From positions 1 through 52,040 of the forward strand of contig CAZYBR010000002.1 of NCBI GenBank assembly GCA_964645905.1: a DNA stretch of 52,040 nt, read 5' to 3'. Shown here piece after piece: positions 37,801-44,144 of the stretch. The stretch is from an uncultured archaeon (lineage in GTDB: Archaea > Aenigmatarchaeota > Aenigmatarchaeia > CG10238-14 > SCSR01). Numbering within the stretch: position 1 is the first letter of the stretch; each line of letters begins with the position of its first letter. Position numbers and translations under genes: made by a program. Under the pieces are notes generated by a model that worked only from the letters and a program-made list of their open reading frames with translations, was not told the origin of the DNA and did no database searches.

Positions 37801-39655
37801 TGTAAGGCGTTGATGTATTCCTTGTCCACACAAAAAGTTCAGTCGTCCCGTTCGGATAACGGTGCGCGACTATTATTCCAGCAAATCCATCTCCATTGAT
37901 GTCGGCCAGTCTTCTTCCTATGTTCCTGCCGTCTCTTGTGAAAGGCTCTGGTGACTGCCATGTATTGTTCTGTGTCCATCCTACTCCATTATTTATCCAT
38001 GCTCCTCTTTCTGTTGTGCTCGCATTCAGATAATCCACAGTAATGTCAGTTAGACCATCTCCATTCACATCATTGAATCTCACCCCGTTGTCAGGCCTTG
38101 CGGTTGTGGTGAATGCGACTGGAGGGTTCCAATTCGGAGAGCTTGTCCAACCATTTGCATTGTTAATCCACACGTTCTTGACAACGGAACCAAAATCAGA
38201 GCTTTCTATTATATCGGGCAATCCGTCTCCGTTCAAATCTTCAATTCTTGCGCCGGTGTCCTTGTCGGCATAGAAAAATGTCGGCGATGTCCATTCGCTA
38301 CTTACATCTTCCCATCCTACTCCATTATTGCGGTATGCCTTCTTTATATTTGCTCCGCCGTTATTGTGGGCTTGAAGAATGTCTACCTTTCCGTCACCGT
38401 CAAAATCAACCAATTGCACACCCTGATCTGCACCAGCGGAAATAAATGATATCGGAGGCGCCCATTGGCTGATGATAGTCCACCCAATACCATTGTTATA
38501 CCACGCAGCTTTTGTAGAGTTGATGCCTTGAAGCATGTCTACTAGACCATCGTTGTTGAAATCAACAAATCTTATTCCGTTATCAGAAGCAGTGACATCG
38601 ACAATAAATTCCGGGGCAGAGAAAAGATTTGACGACACCCAACTTCCTTTCTTGTCATTAATCCATACATTTTTCACGCTTCCTGCAAATTCTGATTGAA
38701 TGATATCAAGAAAACCATCATTATCCAAATCCACAGTCCTGATTCCTTTATCCGAACCATCAACTGAAAACGAAACTGGCGGAGTCCATACCGATGTCTG
38801 CTTTACATAGTTTGTGATATCGGGATAATAATCGAATGTTATCTGGTGAAGGACGGAGGAATTATCGGCTCCTATGAATTTTATTTTTGCCAATGACGAC
38901 AATGATTTCTCAGAATTAAGGTTTCCATATTCAAACTGATATGTTCTTACTAAGATGTTGTCGACAGAAATGTTGATACTCGAAAGCCTTCTAGTCTCGT
39001 TCAGTTTGTTCCCTTGGTCATAAACAGTTCTCAAATCTGGTCTGCTAGAGCTTTCATATACGAAATCTATATTCCTTTTTCTGTCATTGTTGTAAATTAT
39101 CTGAGACGGATATGAAGTTCCACTATCCCCAGAATTTGGATCTTCCAGATAAGAATAAAATATTTTGTTGTCATGTGCATCAGTTACTTGATCAAGGCTC
39201 CATCGCAACGCATAAGATTTTCCTGTATTGGATGTTAATTCTGAATCGCTGTTGTAACCGAATCTGAATTGAGTCCCATCTTTTGTAGTTACAACCCAAT
39301 ATCCACTATATGTATTTGGCGCACCTGTGAGGTTCTGTATTCTTAGGAATGATTCAATTTTAGTGTGATAAAAAGTATCGTTTTGGTCGTAAACAAACTC
39401 GTAAGAACCACCGTTGAATACCAACATGAACCTGTCATCTGTTGTATTATCTGGAGTCGAGTTGACATCGCGGTAGATATAGTTTTGTGAAATCGACCAA
39501 CCGGCACCGATTATTCCAGGTCGCTGTTTAACCGATTGACTGTTGTAATTTATCGAAATGAACGGTTGTAGATTGTTAGTTCCTTTTGGAACCTCTATCG
39601 CATAAGTGTATGTCGCAGCTCCTGGAAATAAATTCGTCTGATAGCTTCCGTACAA
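34829..39655 (-). CDS. Tc-toxin BC-fusion-like polymorphic toxin: SpvB/TcB N-domain + FG-GAP beta-propeller + RHS/YD-repeat shell + C-terminal cargo
   Basis: 1608 aa from the TTG at 39655. SpvB-type N-terminus (GAATYTYAIEVPKG...PFISINYNS...GAGWSISQNYIYRD). Six D-x-[DN]-x-DG-x-x-D propeller blades. Dozens of YD repeats. RHS core end YYHSDHLGS...GARYYNPCLGIFTQSDS...NRFSYGLNNPYKYTDSSGN, then a 227-aa C-terminal region. An in-frame upstream extension to 39811 encodes a signal peptide (see findings). Confidence 0.85.
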   Translation of the reverse strand: MYGSYQTNLFPGAATYTYAIEVPKGTNNLQPFISINYNSQSVKQRPGIIGAGWSISQNYIYRDVNSTPDNTTDDRFMLVFNGGSYEFVYDQNDTFYHTKIESFLRIQNLTGAPNTYSGYWVVTTKDGTQFRFGYNSDSELTSNTGKSYALRWSLDQVTDAHDNKIFYSYLEDPNSGDSGTSYPSQIIYNNDRKRNIDFVYESSSRPDLRTVYDQGNKLNETRRLSSINISVDNILVRTYQFEYGNLNSEKSLSSLAKIKFIGADNSSVLHQITFDYYPDITNYVKQTSVWTPPVSFSVDGSDKGIRTVDLDNDGFLDIIQSEFAGSVKNVWINDKKGSWVSSNLFSAPEFIVDVTASDNGIRFVDFNNDGLVDMLQGINSTKAAWYNNGIGWTIISQWAPPISFISAGADQGVQLVDFDGDGKVDILQAHNNGGANIKKAYRNNGVGWEDVSSEWTSPTFFYADKDTGARIEDLNGDGLPDIIESSDFGSVVKNVWINNANGWTSSPNWNPPVAFTTTARPDNGVRFNDVNGDGLTDITVDYLNASTTERGAWINNGVGWTQNNTWQSPEPFTRDGRNIGRRLADINGDGFAGIIVAHRYPNGTTELFVWTRNTSTPYMLRSITTELGRIISVSYANSTNFDNAGNDSVSDIGFNMFVVKNVSYNNSLTGPFTSFFNYSYNYSDGKYDYEEKDFRGFSIVNETLPDSSIISHRFYQDEILKGKEYNTTIYNSSGNIFTRDEALFNYTNASAGYFKVFTVSQTNYLHDGAVGNPKVTNVTYSYDSFGNVIYRSFLGDVNATGDEKYENYSYVINTSAWIVDKLSWYLLFDSNNQKVRETKYHYDGQVYGRNATKGDVTAVENWNDKGANPITRFEYDRFGNVIRVTDPLYRETSYTYGLRDTTFTFVDKITNALDHQTDFKYDLGTGNLLWKKQNGIYTYFVYDTFGRLIKEIQPFDSNELPTKSYNYSFDGTAPESIKISQRTTANKTFDTYFYYDGLGNFIQFKKPSDGNQQIVKNLFYDGMERVRAESNPYFAPTSAGLTTTHNSDFINYTYDTLSRVISVRNPDGNTTNITFNHWNVTAYDENGHMKTYVTDSYGRIINVLEYNNNPVLHFNFEIDIYTTNYNYDTADNLIKITDALGNNFIFGYDSLGRRISLQDPDLGNWSYTYDLIGNLIRQVQNGGGNLVTGDGYYREYNELNQLTIIRNGSTITSPQLENYTYDPFGQRIKIMRNDTVNTTIYTPFKELMRIVNSSGNYDFTYIYDGNTLVARVNPDASKYYYHSDHLGSTSLITDQNGNVVENTFYSPYGELLGGGTADVKLYTSQFKDFSCEYYYGARYYNPCLGIFTQSDSYQSFYNPQGLNRFSYGLNNPYKYTDSSGNCPMCIAAAAGALIGGGIDLGVQLWHNNGDLSKVSWSEVGVSAVAGGIGGLTFGAGTAVFGTGFGATVLSGAGAGIAGGQTSIAGGNFITGMPLTQGLGQPKDLLIEGLGGGGGAALGYGVNKMFTSVSTISNKPSDFKVSKSSPLAMSTNPDILPKPMTTPQGKTFSGDYHDTIVVDKSGPVKIHGTVRTYPETGEYRTEIYSRTIEQSNGQSNILENIWRWLSGKT
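35907..36097 (-). repeat. Master copy of the 191-nt rhs-core segment duplicated at 33990..34180
   Basis: Direct (same-orientation) repeat about 1.9 kb from its copy. It encodes aa 1189-1250 of the RHS protein. Confidence 0.8.
37871..38731 (-). repeat. Six FG-GAP/VCBS-type propeller repeats inside the RHS gene
   Basis: DLDNDGFLD, DFNNDGLVD, DFDGDGKVD, DLNGDGLPD, DVNGDGLTD and DINGDGFAG recur every 52-56 aa (aa 309-595). Confidence 0.8.
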
Positions 39656-39821
39656 TTTTACTTTAGGATGTTCTGGAACATTCGCCTTGTGGAGATACGG
39701 CTTGTAAGAATCATCGACAGCTGCAAGAACCGACTGGATATTTATTATAAATAACGATAAGGATACGGTTATAATTATAAAAACTTTTTTATTTGATGTA
39801 ATAGCACTGATATGCTCACCA

Positions 39822-41726
39822 CTAAGACGTTTTCGTCTGGTTTATGAACGCACTGACCCTTTGTGCAATAACATTGTTAGTCGTCAAGTTTTGCATTTCC
39901 AGCACATAGAAAGCAGGCGTAATGTTCGGCATGTTAGTTAACGTGTCACTTCCTGTAAGATAATTAAACGCCCATATCTGACCACCGTACTTTACGACTT
40001 TGTCGAAGCTTGACAACTGTTGGTAATTGCTAAGGTTTCTTAGATAAATTTTTTGATCGCTGTATATAGGAACGCTTACAAGCGAACTCAGAATACCGTT
40101 TTCCATTGAAGTTCTTGCACTGCTTTCATTAGTTGTAGAAATAGAATCCTGAACCAGACCGGATGCGATTCCATAATTATAGCTTGCCCTTATCCAATCA
40201 TCACTTGGGTCAACAGAATCATAAAACCTGAATTCATCGATTAGACCTGTAATATATCCCCCACCGGCCTGATGGCTTGCGATAAATAGATTGCTCATTG
40301 GAAATTGTGGTGTCCCAATTGATGTATCACTACCGGCAAGACTGCCATTGACATAGATATACATACCGGTATTGTTTTTCTTGCAGAATACATGTACCCA
40401 TGTGTTTGCAGGTGGATTAGTTGCAGACGCCATGCTATTAGTCCAACTTCCATCGTAGAACGCACAGTTCAGTTTATCATTTGCTGCAGGATCGCCAAAT
40501 GCGATCAGATACTGTGGTTCCTTTTTGACTATATAACCGGTATTTGCATCCAAATACATCCAAAATTCTATTCCAAATGGGCTTGAGCTACTTTGAATAG
40601 CAATTGATGCAGAATGGTTTACTTCAATATTGTCACCTGAACCGTCGAATCTCAATGCTCTTCCAAACTTGCCGTCCTGCCATGTCGGGTTCCCAGTAAT
40701 GGCACCATTGTTGACATTTCCCGTACTGTCCTTGACCAATGAACCTCCGTCTTCCTTGAAATGAAGAACCATCCCAAAATCAGAACTCCAAGTAGTTGTT
40801 GTACTGTTGTAGAAATTTGTTTCATCAGGGTTGTTGTAATACCAACTTAGAATGCTGTCATTGTTATTGCTCAATACGTCCATTTTTGTCCATAGTATAC
40901 TCTTAGCGGCATTACAGCCATAAGTTCCATTGTTGTATATTTCCCATTCGAAATTCTGTTTTGCGTCCGAGCCATTCAGAACCTGCACATCTTTGCAATC
41001 AGATTTCATAGAACCGCCTGATACAAGATTAGCTGTATCCCAGAAACTACCATTAATTGGATGCGGAAACTTGTACAGGTTACCACCAGCGATACTATAA
41101 ACTGTTTCATTTGCTCTTAACCCGTATGTCGTGTTCCACCATGCCCATTTGCTCTGCTCATATGCGTTGCTATTTACAGTTATCTGCGGAAACCATTCCC
41201 TGTTATTGGATCCCAATTTCGGTGTCCAGTGTGCGATAATCTTTATTCTTGCCGTCTGATTAGGATTAAGGGCTATCGAATTGAGGGGTACGAATCCACT
41301 CTTTGTAATATTATTCCAATGCCATCCAGAAGCCTGAGTTGTACAATTGCTTACAGAAAATGTTCCGCTTACATTAGTCACCTCAAAAGTATTGCATGTG
41401 GTCGAATAGTCAGTGACATTAGTAGAATACATGATATTTTTCTCGACAAAGAATTCAGTTGATTTAAGTGGTGTAGTCTCCTGCCCCCCGTTTTGGAACC
41501 GCAAACTCAAGATGTTAGCATTTATGTTGATTGTCGCTGGTGTAGGATTCTTTAGGTCGAATATCGCAGTACCTTGTGAAATTTCTGCCTTATTTTCTAC
41601 CAAATTGACAAAGAAGTCGTCTGCTATAAGAGTGGTCTGAGAAAGAGTCGGAATCAAGAATGCGAGAGAAGCAACGGCAAATACGGCTAATAGAACAACC
41701 AAACTTGCAGTTGTCAAAGCCTTCAT
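39822..41726 (-). CDS. Secreted/anchored DUF2341 + LamG (concanavalin A-like lectin) domain protein
   Basis: 634 aa. Hydrophobic N-terminus MKALTTASLVVLLAVFAVASLAFLI. A DUF2341-like block (WAWWNTTYGLRANETVY...). A Laminin_G_3-like block (LHFKEDGGSLVKDSTGNVNNGAITGNPTWQDGKFGRALRFDGSGDNIEV...WVHVFCKK...LIDEFRFYD). Confidence 0.65.
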   Translation of the reverse strand: MKALTTASLVVLLAVFAVASLAFLIPTLSQTTLIADDFFVNLVENKAEISQGTAIFDLKNPTPATININANILSLRFQNGGQETTPLKSTEFFVEKNIMYSTNVTDYSTTCNTFEVTNVSGTFSVSNCTTQASGWHWNNITKSGFVPLNSIALNPNQTARIKIIAHWTPKLGSNNREWFPQITVNSNAYEQSKWAWWNTTYGLRANETVYSIAGGNLYKFPHPINGSFWDTANLVSGGSMKSDCKDVQVLNGSDAKQNFEWEIYNNGTYGCNAAKSILWTKMDVLSNNNDSILSWYYNNPDETNFYNSTTTTWSSDFGMVLHFKEDGGSLVKDSTGNVNNGAITGNPTWQDGKFGRALRFDGSGDNIEVNHSASIAIQSSSSPFGIEFWMYLDANTGYIVKKEPQYLIAFGDPAANDKLNCAFYDGSWTNSMASATNPPANTWVHVFCKKNNTGMYIYVNGSLAGSDTSIGTPQFPMSNLFIASHQAGGGYITGLIDEFRFYDSVDPSDDWIRASYNYGIASGLVQDSISTTNESSARTSMENGILSSLVSVPIYSDQKIYLRNLSNYQQLSSFDKVVKYGGQIWAFNYLTGSDTLTNMPNITPAFYVLEMQNLTTNNVIAQRVSAFINQTKTS

Positions 41727-41745
41727 ATTATTTTAAGTAATTCTC

Positions 41746-41756
41746 TATAATATAAA
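41746..41756. promoter_or_regulatory. TATA-like element in divergent intergenic region
   Basis: TATAATATAAA is centred about 25 nt from the ATG of the minus-strand LamG gene (leaderless geometry) and about 35 nt from the ATG at 41786 on the plus strand. Confidence 0.35.
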
Positions 41757-41785
41757 GTTATCTTTTAAGAATGCACATATATTAT

Positions 41786-41929
41786 ATGGTCAAAATCCTC
41801 CTTGAGATAGATGAAGAAGAGGACAGGATAGTCAATATAGTGAAAAGCCACTACAAGCTCGCTGACAAGAAGCAGGCTATAAGGAAAATCATCAAAGAGT
41901 TTGGTAAAAAAATCAAGATAGAGATTTGA
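41786..41929 (+). CDS. Small conserved-looking archaeal protein (DUF2683-like, antitoxin/RHH-like pattern)
   Basis: 47-aa ORF below the ORF-track cutoff: MVKILLEIDEEEDRIVNIVKSHYKLADKKQAIRKIIKEFGKKIKIEI. The pattern I-x-L-x-I-D-E...N-I-V-K-x-x-Y-x-L-x-D-K-x-x-A-I recalls small archaeal proteins of that family. Confidence 0.4.
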   Translation: MVKILLEIDEEEDRIVNIVKSHYKLADKKQAIRKIIKEFGKKIKIEI

Positions 41930-41987
41930 ATTTCAACCGTATTTAAAACTTTTGGTTCATATTACTAATAGCTTGAAAGGTAGTACA

Positions 41988-42863
41988 ATGAACGTATCAA
42001 TAATCGGAAGCGGTGTTGTAGGAAGCGTAGTCGGAGAAGGCTTGACTAAGCTAGGCAATAAGGTAATTTTTCATGACATAGATCCATCAAGAATCGAGAA
42101 AGCAAAGAACAGGGGATTCGGCGCCACAACAGATATAGAATACGCCATAAATAATTCAGAAATCTCCTTTATCTGCGTCCCTTCACCTACAGAAAACGGG
42201 AAAATAAACCTGACTTACATTACATCTGCAATAGAAAATGTTGGAAGAGCATTGAAGAACAAAAGAGGCTATCATGTCATTGTTGTTAAAAGCACTGTGA
42301 CACCCCAGACAACTGAGAGCGTGGTAATACCCGCCTTAGAGAAGGCATCTGGTAGGAAAGCCGGACAGGATTTCGGAGTATGCATGAACCCTGAGTTCCT
42401 GACAGAAATCGCAAATACATGGACAGATGAAAGCACTCTAGCAAGAGGATTCTTCGATGAAGAAAGGATAGTTATCGGTGAATTTGATAAAAAATCAGGA
42501 GAAATGCTGGCTAATTTGTATGCAAAACTTGCGAAACCAGTTTTCAGAACGGACCTGAAGACAGCAGAATTCATAAAATATGCAGCCAATTGCGCATTGG
42601 CAAGCAGGGTATCCTACTGGAATGAAATAGCAGCAATTGGTAAAAGATTAGGGATAGACAGCCAGAAAGTAGCAGACATAGTCGCGCTGGATAAGAGAAT
42701 CGGAAAGTACGGATCCATAATAACTGGAAAAGGATTCCAGGGCAAGTGTCTTCCAAAGGACATAGAAGCATTTATTTCATTCGCAGAGCAGCACATTGAT
42801 CCTGCATTATTGAAAGCCGTAAAGAAAGTCAATGATGATATCCAAAAAACCTTGCGAGAATAA
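41988..42863 (+). CDS. UDP-glucose/GDP-mannose dehydrogenase-family protein lacking the C-terminal UDP-binding domain
   Basis: N-terminal Rossmann motif (VSIIGSGVVGS), a central domain (KYAANCALASRVSYWNEIAAIGKRLGID) and a catalytic-Cys motif (GFQGKCLPKD). The protein ends about 45 aa after the Cys. The ATG at 41988 is preferred over the TTG at 41952. Confidence 0.65.
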   Translation: MNVSIIGSGVVGSVVGEGLTKLGNKVIFHDIDPSRIEKAKNRGFGATTDIEYAINNSEISFICVPSPTENGKINLTYITSAIENVGRALKNKRGYHVIVVKSTVTPQTTESVVIPALEKASGRKAGQDFGVCMNPEFLTEIANTWTDESTLARGFFDEERIVIGEFDKKSGEMLANLYAKLAKPVFRTDLKTAEFIKYAANCALASRVSYWNEIAAIGKRLGIDSQKVADIVALDKRIGKYGSIITGKGFQGKCLPKDIEAFISFAEQHIDPALLKAVKKVNDDIQKTLRE

Positions 42864-42865
42864 TC

Positions 42866-43726
42866 ATGGAAATCAAAAAAGCAGTCATACCAGCAGCCGG
42901 CATGGGAATAAGATTCCTTCCAGCGACAAAATCACAGCCAAAAGAAATGCTACCTATAGTAGACAAGCCGGTGATACATTTTGTAGTCGAAGAATTGGTC
43001 AAGTCTGGAATAGACGATATAATAATAATCACTGGAAGAGGAAAGAGGGCGATAGAGGATTATTTTGATTTCACGCCTGAATTAGAAACTTACCTGAAAA
43101 ACTCCGGTCAATCGGACCTGTTGAAATCAGTGGATGAAATTCTCAACAATGCAAGCATTCATTTCATAAGGCAGAAAGAGCCTAAGGGCCTAGGAGATGC
43201 AATCCTTTGCGCTGAAAAGCACATTGGAAATGAGCCATTTGTTGTAGCTTTAGGCGACGATATAGTAGTCTCTGAAGAGCCTGCAGCAAAGCAAGTCATA
43301 AACACTTTCAAGAAATACAGTTCGACAGTAATAGGAGTCGAGGAAGTTCCGGAAGAGTCTCTGCCCCTATATGGAGTAATAGATGGAAATCAAATAAGCG
43401 AAAATATTTATGAAATCAAGAATTTAGTGGAGAAACCGAAACTAAACGAAGCGCCGTCAAACATTGGTGTGATAGGCCGTTATGTGCTCACACCGGAAAT
43501 ATTCTCTGCTTTGAAGCAGACTACACCAGGCCATAAAAATGAGATACAATTAACAGATGCATTGAAAGTCCTGTTGAAGACGCAGAAATTATTCGCCCAC
43601 AAGATTGAAGGAAAAAGATATGACGTAGGGAGCAAGCCCGGTTATCTCAAAGCGATAATAGAGATGGCTCTCAAGAGAGAAGACCTAAAGGATGAAGTAA
43701 AGAATTATTTGAGTAATGCTTTGTAG
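42866..43726 (+). CDS. galU: UTP--glucose-1-phosphate uridylyltransferase
   Basis: AVIPAAGMGIRFLPATKSQPKEMLPIVDKPVI at the N-terminus, then the LGDD and VEKP motifs. 286 aa. Confidence 0.85.
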   Translation: MEIKKAVIPAAGMGIRFLPATKSQPKEMLPIVDKPVIHFVVEELVKSGIDDIIIITGRGKRAIEDYFDFTPELETYLKNSGQSDLLKSVDEILNNASIHFIRQKEPKGLGDAILCAEKHIGNEPFVVALGDDIVVSEEPAAKQVINTFKKYSSTVIGVEEVPEESLPLYGVIDGNQISENIYEIKNLVEKPKLNEAPSNIGVIGRYVLTPEIFSALKQTTPGHKNEIQLTDALKVLLKTQKLFAHKIEGKRYDVGSKPGYLKAIIEMALKREDLKDEVKNYLSNAL

Positions 43727-43729
43727 TAA

Positions 43730-44113
43730 TCATCGCTTTGTTGAGATGAAATAAACACCAGAAATTATCATCGCTATTCCGAGAAACCTGAAGATTGTCA
43801 TATTTTCCTTGAATATCATCCAGGCAAGCAACGATGTCACAATATAACTTATCCCGATCATCGGATACGCATAACTCAATTCCGCCCTAGACAGGACCAC
43901 AAGCCATACAACAGATGCCAGAACATACAAACCTACACCAACGATTATGAAAGGATTGAAAATTACTTGGAACAATGCAGGAGGTCGTATTATCTGGGAC
44001 AGGCTTATTTCCCCTACAATTCTCATACCGTTCTTCATGAATAATTGTCCGCCTACGCTCAGCATGACACTGAGAAGTATCAAAATAAGTATAGCTTTTG
44101 CAGGTTTGTCCAT
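43730..44113 (-). CDS. Small 4-TM SMR/EamA-like transporter (ArnE/ArnF-like lipid-linked sugar flippase candidate)
   Basis: 127 aa with four hydrophobic helices. It is a full-length paralogue of the 50045..50404 product (shared GQL.MK.GM...GEI.L, LY.....W..VLS..ELS..YP..G..Y). Confidence 0.55.
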   Translation of the reverse strand: MDKPAKAILILILLSVMLSVGGQLFMKNGMRIVGEISLSQIIRPPALFQVIFNPFIIVGVGLYVLASVVWLVVLSRAELSYAYPMIGISYIVTSLLAWMIFKENMTIFRFLGIAMIISGVYFISTKR

Positions 44114-44144
44114 GAAGTGTGTTGACTTTTAATCTTAATTAATC

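Noticed and set aside
39809-39830. Possible +1 frameshift or readthrough fusing the LamG protein to the RHS protein (the RHS frame is open across the LamG stop TAG)
   Set aside because: The TCT-TAG context gives no good tRNA re-pairing in the +1 frame and no slippery sequence. A GGTGA site followed by an ATC plus signal peptide explains the open frame more simply.
31783-41726. TcA-like translocator or T6SS/PAAR-type delivery component near the RHS gene
   Set aside because: No ORF in the island has the size or features of TcA (about 2500 aa) or of PAAR/VgrG. The 729-aa and 634-aa neighbours are YD/Ig-like and LamG proteins instead.
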